Assembly: GCA_963805975.1 (NCBI GenBank)
Contig: CAWDVR010000003.1
Coordinates: 160,001-224,000, forward strand
Reading direction: 5' to 3'
From: an uncultured Acidobacteriota bacterium
GTDB lineage: Bacteria > Acidobacteriota > Thermoanaerobaculia > Multivoradales > SZUA-115
DNA: 64,000 nucleotides
Below, piece after piece: positions 28,129 to 37,103 of this stretch. The translations under genes were made by a program, and so were the position numbers. The notes beneath the pieces were generated by a model. That model worked only from the letters and a program-made list of their open reading frames with translations. It made no database searches and was not told the DNA's origin. Each line of letters opens with the position of its first letter. Position 1 is the first letter of the stretch.

Positions 28129-28967
28129 GCTCGCTCCTCTCTCGTGGCCGGCGTCAGCTCGACGGCGGCCAGCTCATAGCTTTCCTCGGCCTCGCGGCCG
28201 GCTTCGAGGTCGCCGAAGCGCTCGCGGGCCCAGGCTTCCAAGTGCTCCAGAACTGCGTTCTTGACCGCCGCCGGCACGGTGGTGCCGGCGAGGCCGGGTT
28301 TCTCCCGCCACGAGGCGAGAGAGTCGGCGGGCCGCTCGACCACCGGCCAGGTGGCGACCGCGACGGTCGGCAGCGGAGTCGCCCCGCGCTCGGTGAAGCT
28401 CTCGATCAGCCGCCCCTGGCCATCTCCACCGTCCCGGCCTTCGATGCCGTGACCGGCCAGCAGCCGCCGCATCTCACGGCGGAGCCGCGAGCGCAGACTG
28501 GTGCCCGCGCGCCGCACACGGCCGATCGCCAGGCGCGCGCCCGCCGGATGCGCCGCGCGCAGCGCCTCGTCCACCAGATGGTCGGGTGCCAGGAGGTGCG
28601 CGGCGCGCGACAGAAAGATCAGGCCGGCGCTGCCCTTGGCCACCGGCCACGGCCGGTTGGCGTCGGCCTGCAACCAGACCGCGCGCCGCGACCGGCGCCG
28701 GGCCTCGAGCAGCATGGGCAACGAGAGGTCGAGGCCCCAGTAGTCGAGGATCGAAGAGGGGCTGCGTGCCGCCGCCAGGTGCGCTCCGATCTCCCCCGTG
28801 CCGGCGCCCACCTCGAGCAGCGCTCTGCCGGCAACCGGCGGGGCGAGCTCCAAGAGCGCGGCGGCGATCTTTCCGGCCGCCGCCGGCAGGCCGGCGCGGC
28901 GGTCGAAGGAGCCGGCCTGGGAATCGAAGCGCAAGGGTTCGGGCACGGAGGGTGGAGTATGTCCCAT
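28125..28967 (-). CDS. Class I SAM-dependent methyltransferase
   Basis: LLEVGAGTGEIG, GLDLSLPML, QADA; stop overlaps the mosB-like TTG start (TTGA). Confidence 0.85.
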   Translation of the reverse strand: MGHTPPSVPEPLRFDSQAGSFDRRAGLPAAAGKIAAALLELAPPVAGRALLEVGAGTGEIGAHLAAARSPSSILDYWGLDLSLPMLLEARRRSRRAVWLQADANRPWPVAKGSAGLIFLSRAAHLLAPDHLVDEALRAAHPAGARLAIGRVRRAGTSLRSRLRREMRRLLAGHGIEGRDGGDGQGRLIESFTERGATPLPTVAVATWPVVERPADSLASWREKPGLAGTTVPAAVKNAVLEHLEAWARERFGDLEAGREAEESYELAAVELTPATREERA

Positions 28968-28998
28968 GTAGGGGCGACCGGCGGTCGCCCCTACATGG
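28964..28998. repeat. 35-bp perfect palindrome, GTAG-type REP-like
   Basis: ccatgtaggggcgaccg-g-cggtcgcccctacatgg. Confidence 0.85.
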
Positions 28999-29029
28999 TG
29001 GCGATCACCCCGCTAGTTCGTGCACTGCG

Positions 29030-31147
29030 TCAGTTCGTGCATTGGGGCGAGGCCGGCAGCGGAACGCTGCAGTTGTCCGCCGTGCCGGCCGGCACCGTGG
29101 TGCCCCAAACCGGGCTCGTGGTGGGGCAGACGGTCTGCACGCCGATCATCATGCCGCGGTCCTCGTGGCCCAGGAAATGGCAGTGGATGACGTACTCGCC
29201 GGTGAAGTCGAGGAAGCGGCTGCGGGTGGTGATCGAGCCCCAGGGGAGGCAGCCGCAGACCGACATCTGGCCGGGTACGGTGGTGGTCCACTGGCCGTTC
29301 CAGTTGCCGCTGGCCTTGGTGCAGACGCCGGGGCACACCTGTTGCGCCTGCTGGTTGCTGAAGATCGGGCCGGCGTTGACGTCCTGCGGCGTGGTCGAGA
29401 CCGCCGGCAGGCCGAAGGTGTCCCACCAGACCCAGGGTGCGGGCAGCGCCTGGCCGTTGACGGCGATGATCTGGAACGGGTTGATGTGGATGTGGAACGG
29501 GTGCTTGGGAGCCGAGTTGTTCGACACCACCCACTGCTCGGCGGTGCCGATCTTCATCGTCTCGTCGACGCAGCTCGGGTCGAACTGCTTGCCGTTGATG
29601 AAGAAGGCGTTCTGCTGAATGCCGGGCGCGCCGGTCATGCTGAACAGCACGCTGCGGTTGTTCGAGACCTCGCCCTGCTGCACGTCCGCCAGGAACGGCG
29701 GCATGGGCGGCCACTGCGCCTGGGTGGGGAAGGTCATCGGCTTCGCCGTGCCGGCGACGGTGACGGTCAGCAGCGGCGGGTTGGCGGCGGCGGCCGCGGT
29801 CGCGCCCAGCTTCTTGTTCGCCGCCAGGTTCCTGAGCAACCCCTGCCGGTGCCGCTCGGCGCGCGCCTGGATCTCCGGCTCGAGGAAGCCGGTCACCTTG
29901 AAGGTCAGCACGTGCGTGCCCGGCGTCGAGGGAGCCTGCACCAGGAAGTCGGCGCGGTTGCCTGGCGAGAGGCTGAAGTTCTGCACCCCCTGGGCGAGGA
30001 GCGGCTGGGTGCCGTAGTTCTGGGGCGCGAACTGCACGCCATCCTGCGCGATCTGCTTGAGCGTCGGCGCCGAGGTGTTCTCGAACCCGATCTGCAACTG
30101 GGCGGAGGCCTGCATGGTCTCGTTGACCAGGCGCCAGCGCTGGATCTCGCCCGGCTGCATGCTCACGACCGGGTTGGCCTGGCCGTTGATGAGCGGCTGC
30201 GGCGGCGCGTAGGTGGGGTCCTGGCGGAAGAAGTTCAGCACGTCGTCGAGCTGCTGGATGACCATCACCTTCTCGGTGAGCCCGCCCTGGGCCTTGAAGA
30301 AGCCGTTGAGCCAGTCGTCGAAGGGCCCTTCGATGAGCAGTGCCCCGCCCATGCCGTTGAGCAACTGGAGCGCTACCGAGCCGTGCTTGTGCGGGTGGTA
30401 CCAGTGGGTGCCCTCGGCCTGGTTCGACGGGAAGGGGTTGATGGCGTACTGATACTGCCCGCTGGCGGAGGTGCCACGGGTGTGCGTGTGGCCTGCCTTG
30501 TCCGCGGACATGCCGGCCGGCGCCAGCTCGAGCAGCACGTAGTCCTGCGGCGCCTGCGGCGAGACGTGCGTGCCGTGGAAGTGCAGGTTGGTGGTGTTGT
30601 TGCCGTGGAAGCACTCCGGGTAGGTCTCCTGCGGGCAGCCCTTGGTGCAGGTCGCCGGGCAGGGCTGGCCGGGGGCCGGGCAGCAGTTGGAGCCCGCCGG
30701 GCACGCCGAGTCGCACTGGCTGTCGGGGATGGTCGGCAGCGGGAGCTGGTTGACGAGCAGGATCTTGAGCGCGTCACCGTCGCCCGAGGTCGGGGTCGTG
30801 GCCCGCCGCACGCGCAGCGTCGGCCCCGGGGTCGACCACACGAGCTGGCTGCTGCCGGGAGACTGCGGGTAGAAATAGGTGCGCAGGTTCATGGCCTGCG
30901 TGGTCCAGTTGGTGCCGTCGAAGAAGGGCACGCAGGGGTGCTCCTGCATCTTGACCACGAAGGTGGTGCTGAGCACCCCTTTCGTCGCGTCGATCTCCGG
31001 CGGCTGCTGCAAGGGCTGGAGATCGGGCTGCGGGCAGGTCTGCGCGCCGGCCGGGCCGGTGAGGCCGAAGGCCAGCACCAACCCGAGCCAGAGACGCCAG
31101 AGACCAGGGTGAAGGGGGTTCGAGGTCCGGGAAGCTTCGTGGAACAT
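29030..31147 (-). CDS. Secreted multicopper oxidase with Cys-rich insert and MVL-type lectin insert
   Basis: ATG at 31147 after AGGAGG. Cu motifs NLHFHG, WYHPHKHG, HPFHIH, HCHFLGHEDRGMM. Confidence 0.9.
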   Translation of the reverse strand: MFHEASRTSNPLHPGLWRLWLGLVLAFGLTGPAGAQTCPQPDLQPLQQPPEIDATKGVLSTTFVVKMQEHPCVPFFDGTNWTTQAMNLRTYFYPQSPGSSQLVWSTPGPTLRVRRATTPTSGDGDALKILLVNQLPLPTIPDSQCDSACPAGSNCCPAPGQPCPATCTKGCPQETYPECFHGNNTTNLHFHGTHVSPQAPQDYVLLELAPAGMSADKAGHTHTRGTSASGQYQYAINPFPSNQAEGTHWYHPHKHGSVALQLLNGMGGALLIEGPFDDWLNGFFKAQGGLTEKVMVIQQLDDVLNFFRQDPTYAPPQPLINGQANPVVSMQPGEIQRWRLVNETMQASAQLQIGFENTSAPTLKQIAQDGVQFAPQNYGTQPLLAQGVQNFSLSPGNRADFLVQAPSTPGTHVLTFKVTGFLEPEIQARAERHRQGLLRNLAANKKLGATAAAAANPPLLTVTVAGTAKPMTFPTQAQWPPMPPFLADVQQGEVSNNRSVLFSMTGAPGIQQNAFFINGKQFDPSCVDETMKIGTAEQWVVSNNSAPKHPFHIHINPFQIIAVNGQALPAPWVWWDTFGLPAVSTTPQDVNAGPIFSNQQAQQVCPGVCTKASGNWNGQWTTTVPGQMSVCGCLPWGSITTRSRFLDFTGEYVIHCHFLGHEDRGMMIGVQTVCPTTSPVWGTTVPAGTADNCSVPLPASPQCTN

Positions 31148-31337
31148 GGCCACCTCCTGTCCGTCATGCTGCATTTCTGAATTACAAAGAAAGCGGCAAG
31201 TCAGTGGAATTCCAAGATAGAGAGGTCCAGGCCCTCCCCGTGCGAACTCAGCTCTGTGCTTCTGTGCTCCTCGATGATCCGGGAAAGCGGGCCGCGCTGT
31301 CAAGGCAAAGGCTCTCTTTGGTACCGTAGCAATTCCC

Positions 31338-32633
31338 GTGGAGCCGATCCCCGCCCCCGACACCTATCGCCAGACCGTGCGCGAGCTCTCCGACCGGCTG
31401 GTCGAGGCGCAGCGGCCGATCCGCATCCTGGACGCGATCCAGTGGGGGCCGGAAGTGCGCGAGGCATTTTTCGCCACCGGTTGCGCCGAGCAGCCGAGGG
31501 TGGACGCTGCGTATTACCAGGCACGGCCGCTGGGCTTCGACCCGGAGGAGAAGCGCCGCCAGTTCGCGGATCTCGAACGCGACGTGCAGCGCGCCCTGGG
31601 CTCCTTCAACACCATCGGCCAGATCATGCGCCGCATGTGCCGCGAGTACCAGACCGTGATCTCGATGCTCGAGGCGCGCGGCCGGCCCGAGTTCTCCACC
31701 TTCTCGCAGGAGCTCTACGGCGGCGCCAGCGACGCTCTCCACGCCGGCGAGCCCACGCTCGCCGATCTCGCCACGGTGATGGGCGAGGCGCTCGAGAAGA
31801 TCAGCCGCAGCCAGGTGCTGCCCGAGGAGGAGAAGACGATCAACGGCGCCGAGGCGGTGGCGTGGCTCCAGCAGCGCCTGGACCTCGCCTTCCAGGACCC
31901 GCTGCGCCGCGTGCGGGTGCTGCTCTCGGACGGCATCGTGGCGGACGCCGCGGCGGGCTCGGACTACTTGAAGATCCGCCGCGAGGCGATGTTCAACGAA
32001 CGAGACTTGCGGCTGCTCGAGATCCACGAGGGCTGGGTGCACCTGGGCACCACCTTCAACGGCCTGGCGCAGCCCTACTGCACCTTCCTCGCCAAGGGGC
32101 CGCCGTCCTCCACCGTGACGCAGGAAGGTCTCGCCATCCTGATGGAGATCCTGGCCTTCGCCTCGCACCCGCCCCGCGTGCGGCGCCTGGCCAACCGCAT
32201 CCGCGCCGTCCACATGGCCGAGCAGGGCGCCACCTTTCTCGAGGTGTTCGGCTACTTCCGCCTCCAGGGCACGAGCGAGGCCGACAGCTTCGCCAACGCG
32301 GCGCGCGTCTTTCGCGGCTCGACGCCGACCGGCGGCCCGTTCACCAAGGACATCACCTACAACAAGGGCTTCATCCTCACCTACAACTACATCCAGCTCG
32401 CGATCAAGAACGGCCTGCTCGACCGCATCCCCATGCTCTTCTGCGGCAAGGCGACGCTCGAGGACGTCCGTTCCCTGGCGCAGCTCGTCACGGAGGGCCT
32501 GGTGGTGCCGCCGCGCTTCCTGCCGCCGCAGTTCACCGACCTCAACGCCCTCTCGGCCTGGATGTGCTACTCGAACTTCCTGAACCGCCTCAACCTGGCG
32601 CGAATCGAGGCGGACTATGCGGGTATCCTGTAG
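31338..32633 (+). CDS. QEGLA-motif protein (DUF1704/MATCAP-like zinc carboxypeptidase family)
   Basis: HEGWVH, TVTQEGLA, RVFRG, FTKD. Confidence 0.88.
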   Translation: MEPIPAPDTYRQTVRELSDRLVEAQRPIRILDAIQWGPEVREAFFATGCAEQPRVDAAYYQARPLGFDPEEKRRQFADLERDVQRALGSFNTIGQIMRRMCREYQTVISMLEARGRPEFSTFSQELYGGASDALHAGEPTLADLATVMGEALEKISRSQVLPEEEKTINGAEAVAWLQQRLDLAFQDPLRRVRVLLSDGIVADAAAGSDYLKIRREAMFNERDLRLLEIHEGWVHLGTTFNGLAQPYCTFLAKGPPSSTVTQEGLAILMEILAFASHPPRVRRLANRIRAVHMAEQGATFLEVFGYFRLQGTSEADSFANAARVFRGSTPTGGPFTKDITYNKGFILTYNYIQLAIKNGLLDRIPMLFCGKATLEDVRSLAQLVTEGLVVPPRFLPPQFTDLNALSAWMCYSNFLNRLNLARIEADYAGIL

Positions 32634-33708
32634 GGCTGGGCCGGCATCCTGTAGGGCTGGGAGCGTACTGCTCTGGCTCTGCCTCCTCGGCCAGGCAGGC
32701 CCGCTCGCCGCGGTAGAGGTCGAGGCGGACCTCACGGAGATCGCCCCCGGCGTGTGGGTGGCCCTGCAGCCGGAGGCGCAGCGCTACAACGACTCGAACG
32801 CGGTGGTCGTCGAGACCGAGCGCGAGGTGCTGGTGGTCGACACCCAGGCCGATCCGCTCTTCGTGCGCGCGCTCGCCGCCGAGATCCGCCGCCGCACGAC
32901 GAAACCGGTGCGCTTCGTGGTCTACACGCACTGGCACCCGGACCACACCGGGACCGGCGCCCTCTACCGCGAGCTGTTCCCGGGGCCGATCGACTTCATC
33001 GCCCACCGCTCGCTCGCCGAGGACGTGCCGAAGCGCGCCGCGCCCCAGGCGCTGGAGCTGCTCGAGAACCTGAAGGGCGCCGTGGAGCAAGGCGAGCGCC
33101 GTCTCGCCGGCAGGGGAGCGGAGGCGCCGGCGACCGACGAGGAGCGCAAGAGCCTGGAGGCGCGCCTCGAGCGCCACCGAGAGCGGCTCCGGCAGCTCAC
33201 GGGTCTCGCTCCCGCGGCTCCGACCCTGACCTTCGACGACGAGCTGACCCTCCACCGCGAGGGCCGCACCTTGCGCTTCCTCCACGCCCCCGGTCACACG
33301 CGGGGCGACCTGGTGCTGCTCATCCCGGAGGCAAGGGTCCTGGTCGGCGGCGACCTGGTGGACGACCTCCCGTTCGGCGGCCACGGCTCGCCCGCGGCCT
33401 GGCTCGCCACGCTCCGGCGGCTTGCCGATCTGGACTTCGAGGTCCTGGTGCCCGGCCACGGCCCCTTGCACCGCGGCAAGGAGCACCTGCGCACGCTGAT
33501 CCGGCTGGTGGAGATGGTCCGTGCTCAGGTGGGGGCGGCGGTCGCCGCCGGCAAGGATCTCGAGGCGACGTGCGCGGCCGTCGATATCTCCGCGCTCCGC
33601 AGCGCGCTCGCCGGCGACGACGAAGCGCGCCGCGGCCTGTTCGACGAGTTCATGGCCGAGACCCTCGAGCGCGCCTGGAAAGAGGCGCGGGGCGAGGCGA
33701 TGGAGTAG
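32617..33708 (+). CDS. MBL-fold metallo-hydrolase (secreted)
   Basis: THWHPDH, PGHTRGD, GDL, VPGHG. Start uncertain because it lies in a 21-bp repeat. Confidence 0.85.
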   Translation: MRVSCRAGPASCRAGSVLLWLCLLGQAGPLAAVEVEADLTEIAPGVWVALQPEAQRYNDSNAVVVETEREVLVVDTQADPLFVRALAAEIRRRTTKPVRFVVYTHWHPDHTGTGALYRELFPGPIDFIAHRSLAEDVPKRAAPQALELLENLKGAVEQGERRLAGRGAEAPATDEERKSLEARLERHRERLRQLTGLAPAAPTLTFDDELTLHREGRTLRFLHAPGHTRGDLVLLIPEARVLVGGDLVDDLPFGGHGSPAAWLATLRRLADLDFEVLVPGHGPLHRGKEHLRTLIRLVEMVRAQVGAAVAAGKDLEATCAAVDISALRSALAGDDEARRGLFDEFMAETLERAWKEARGEAME

Positions 33709-33888
33709 GGCGGGCTCAGGTATCAAGGCTTCGACCACTCCCGCATCGAGCACCGGTTTCGGCGAGCTTGACTCGCATCTTCTGGAGTGCTCTTATTCCG
33801 ATAGTTTGCCGGATCGCTTTTCTCGAACCTGTGGCAGTTCTATGGAGCTCTGGCTCCAGGATCGCCACCCTGCCCCATGAGGTGACCT

Positions 33889-34257
33889 ATGAGTCGTTCG
33901 CTGCTGGTAGTTCTCTTCGCCTTCGTCGCCGTCTGCCTGGCCTCGACCGCCATGGCCCAGCCCTCCCAGGTCGCCAACTTCACGGGCGACTGCAACAGCG
34001 GCACCCTCACCTGCGACTTCGACGCCTCTGCCTCCGTCTGCTCGGTAGGCGCTTTCCCCACCGGCTACTTCTGGACCTTCAGCAACCCCTCGGGTGGTGG
34101 CTCGGGCGTGACCGATAGCCACGCTTTCAGCAACTCGAACAACGCCAACGTCACCTTGCAGCTCAACTGCTCGGACGGCCGGGACGCGCAGAAGACCCGC
34201 ACCGTGTGTTGGGGCGGCGGCAGCGGCTGCATCCTGCCGAACGTCGGGCCGAACTGA
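33889..34257 (+). CDS. Small secreted PKD-domain protein
   Basis: GAGG RBS, signal peptide, ANFT...FDASAS...YFWTF...VTL; several Cys. Confidence 0.75.
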   Translation: MSRSLLVVLFAFVAVCLASTAMAQPSQVANFTGDCNSGTLTCDFDASASVCSVGAFPTGYFWTFSNPSGGGSGVTDSHAFSNSNNANVTLQLNCSDGRDAQKTRTVCWGGGSGCILPNVGPN

Positions 34258-34284
34258 CAGGCGTAGGGTAGGCTCCGCGTCACG

Positions 34285-35706
34285 ATGAGCGGAGATGCAC
34301 GGGCGGGCACGCGCCGCGCCATCCCCCAGGTCGCGAAGCTGCTGGCGAGCGAGGAGATTCGCCCTCTGCTCGCCATCCGCCCGCGGGCGGAGGTGGTGGC
34401 GGCGCTCCGGAGTGTGCTGGCCGAGCTTCGCAGCCGGGCCGCCGGAGCGCTGCCGGCCGAGGAGCTGGCTGTACCGTCCATCGCCCGCCGGGCCGAGGCC
34501 GCGCTCGCAGAGCGGAGGCGCGCCTACTACCGCCCGGTGATCAACGCCACGGGCGTGGTGCTGCACACCAACCTCGGCCGGGCGCCTCTCGCCGCCGAGG
34601 CAGTGGCGGCGCTCGGCGCCACCGCGGGCGGCGCGCAGCGGCTGGAGCTCGACCTCGAGACCGGCGAGCGCGGCGGCCGGGACGACGGCTGCGCGCGGCT
34701 GCTCGTGGAGCTCACGGGCGCGGAGGCGGCGACAGTCGTCAACAACAACGCCGCGGCGACCCTCCTGATCCTCGCCGCGCTGGCGCGAGGCCGGAAGGTG
34801 ATCGTCTCCCGCGGCGAGCTGGTCGAGATCGGCGGCTCCTACCGCATCCCGGAGATCCTCGCCGAGAGCGGCGCCCACCTCGCCGAGGTGGGCACTACCA
34901 ACCGCACGCATCTGCGGGACTACGCGCAGGCGATCGACGGCCACGGACTGGACGACCCGGCCGGCCTGCTGCTCAAGGTCCACACCTCCAACTACAGAAT
35001 CCAGGGCTTCACCGCCGAGGTCGGGATCGAGGAGCTGGTGGCGCTGGGCGCCGAGCGGGGCGTGCCCGTGGTCCACGACCTGGGCTCGGGCTGCCTGGTG
35101 GACCTCGGGCGGCGCGGCCTCGGCGGCGAGCCGCTGGTGGCCCGCTCGGTCGCAGCCGGCTGCGACCTGGTGTGCTTCTCGGCGGACAAGCTCCTGGGCG
35201 GCCCGCAGGCGGGGGTCCTGGTGGGCAAGGCAGCCGCAGTCGAGCGCTGCCGGCAGCAGCCGCTCTTCCGCGCGCTGCGGCCGGGGCGGCTCGTCTACAC
35301 GGCTCTCGAGGCCACCCTGCGCCTCTACGCCGAGGGTGAGGACGCCGCCCTGGCCCGCGTGCCGGCGCTGGCGCGGCTCACGGCGCCGCAGTCGACCCTC
35401 CGCCGGCGTGCCGAGCGGCTGGCGCGGCGCCTGGCCCGCTTGCCGGGACTCTCGGCGCGCGCCGTTCCCTGTGTCTCGCAGGCGGGGAGCGGCGCCTTGC
35501 CGGCCGTCGAGCTGCCGAGCTTCGGGGTCGAGGTCGAGGCCGCCGGCCGCTCGGCCGCGGACCTCGCCGCCGCTCTCCGCCAGGGCGAGCCCGCGGTGCT
35601 CGGCCGGCTGCACGACGGTGCCGTGCTGCTCGACCTGCGGACCGTGGCCGAGGAGGAGGTCGCGCCGCTGCTGCGCCGCATGGCGGAGTGCCTGGCAGTT
35701 CGGTAG
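34285..35706 (+). CDS. selA: L-seryl-tRNA(Sec) selenium transferase
   Basis: VINATGVVLHTNLGRAPL, VNNNAAA, SRGELVEIGGS, EVGTTNRTH, KVHTSNY, DLGSG, FSADKLLGGPQAG. Confidence 0.97.
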   Translation: MSGDARAGTRRAIPQVAKLLASEEIRPLLAIRPRAEVVAALRSVLAELRSRAAGALPAEELAVPSIARRAEAALAERRRAYYRPVINATGVVLHTNLGRAPLAAEAVAALGATAGGAQRLELDLETGERGGRDDGCARLLVELTGAEAATVVNNNAAATLLILAALARGRKVIVSRGELVEIGGSYRIPEILAESGAHLAEVGTTNRTHLRDYAQAIDGHGLDDPAGLLLKVHTSNYRIQGFTAEVGIEELVALGAERGVPVVHDLGSGCLVDLGRRGLGGEPLVARSVAAGCDLVCFSADKLLGGPQAGVLVGKAAAVERCRQQPLFRALRPGRLVYTALEATLRLYAEGEDAALARVPALARLTAPQSTLRRRAERLARRLARLPGLSARAVPCVSQAGSGALPAVELPSFGVEVEAAGRSAADLAAALRQGEPAVLGRLHDGAVLLDLRTVAEEEVAPLLRRMAECLAVR

Positions 35707-35774
35707 CGAGGCCTGTCCCGCTCGTCGCGCGGCTTCGCACTCTCGAAGAACCCGTCTCCGGCGGGTTTGCTCTC

Positions 35775-37103
35775 ATGGCCCTGATCGAGCCCTTCCACGA
35801 CACTTCGCAGGCGGTCTCGGCGTTTCGCCGCGTGCCGCGCACCGGGGTGATCTACGTCACCGCCGAGGCGCAGGCGCGAGGCTTCCACGCCGGCCATCCG
35901 GAGTGGAGCAACCTCGGCCAGGGCATGCCGGAGACCGGGCCGCTGCCCGGCGGGCCGGAGCGCCAGGGCGCCGTCGCCATCGATCCGGCCGACCACGAGT
36001 ACGCGCCGGTGGCCGGCATCCCGGAGCTGCGCGAAGCCGTGGCGGCGCTCGCCAACCGCCTCTTCCGGCGCGGCATGCGCTCCCAGTACACGGCGGAGAA
36101 CGTGGCCATCTCGGGCGGCGGCCGGGCGGCGCTCACCCGGGCCGCGGCGGTCCTCGGCCGCATCAACCTCGGCCACTTCCTGCCCGACTACACGGCCTAC
36201 GAAGAGCTGCTGGACATCTTTCGCCTCTTCTCCCCGATCCCCATCCTGCTCGACCCGGCGAGCGGCTACGCCTTCACCGCCCGCGACCTCGAGCGCGAGA
36301 TCGAGGAGCGCGGCATCTCCGGCCTGCTGTTCTCGAACCCCTGCAACCCCACCGGCAAGCTGATCGCCGGCGCCGAGCTCGCGGACTGGATCGGCGTGGC
36401 GCGCAAGCACGACTGCGCGCTGCTGATCGACGAGTTCTACTCGCACTACGTCTGGCACGCGGGTGAGGGCGAGCCCGGGCCGATCGTCAGCGCCGCCCGC
36501 TACGTCGAGGACGTGGACCGCGACCCGGTGGTGATCTTCGACGGCCTGACCAAGAACTGGCGCTACCCCGGCTGGCGGGTCACCTGGGCGCTCGGCCCCA
36601 AGTCCGTCATCGAGGCCATGGGAAGCGCCGGCTCGTTCCTGGACGGCGGCGGCACGCGGCCCCTCCAGCGCTCGGCCGTGGCGCTCCTCGAGCCCGAGCG
36701 CGTGCTCGCCGAGACCGCCTCGCTCAAGCGTGCCTTCGCCGCCAAGCGCCAGCGCATGCTCGGGCGCCTGGCCGAGCTCGGCTTCCGGTTCGACCGCGAA
36801 CCGGACGGCACCTTCTACGCCTGGGTGGGGCTCGAGGGCTTGCCGGAAAGTCTCACCGAGGGCATGTCGTTCTTCCGCGCCGCGCTGGAGCGCAAGGTCA
36901 TCTCGGTGCCGGGCGTGTTCTTCGACGTCAACCCCGGCCGCCGCCGCGCCCGCTCGCTGTCGCGCTTCCACCAGCGCGTGCGCCTCTCCTTCGGCCCACC
37001 GATGCCGGAGGTGGAGCGCGGCCTCGCCGCCATCGCGGAGATGATCGCCGAGGCCGGCGCCACCCCCCACCGCCCGGCGTCGCTGGCGGTGGGAGTGGCG
37101 TAA
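35775..37103 (+). CDS. PLP-dependent aminotransferase class I/II
   Basis: NLGQG, SNPCNPTG, DEFY, GLTKNWRYPGWR. Confidence 0.9.
   Translation: MALIEPFHDTSQAVSAFRRVPRTGVIYVTAEAQARGFHAGHPEWSNLGQGMPETGPLPGGPERQGAVAIDPADHEYAPVAGIPELREAVAALANRLFRRGMRSQYTAENVAISGGGRAALTRAAAVLGRINLGHFLPDYTAYEELLDIFRLFSPIPILLDPASGYAFTARDLEREIEERGISGLLFSNPCNPTGKLIAGAELADWIGVARKHDCALLIDEFYSHYVWHAGEGEPGPIVSAARYVEDVDRDPVVIFDGLTKNWRYPGWRVTWALGPKSVIEAMGSAGSFLDGGGTRPLQRSAVALLEPERVLAETASLKRAFAAKRQRMLGRLAELGFRFDREPDGTFYAWVGLEGLPESLTEGMSFFRAALERKVISVPGVFFDVNPGRRRARSLSRFHQRVRLSFGPPMPEVERGLAAIAEMIAEAGATPHRPASLAVGVA

Noticed and set aside
33709-33888. Possible tRNA-Sec (selC) or riboswitch in the intergenic region near selA
   Set aside because: I could not build a cloverleaf with a UCA anticodon and T-loop, or recognise a riboswitch core.
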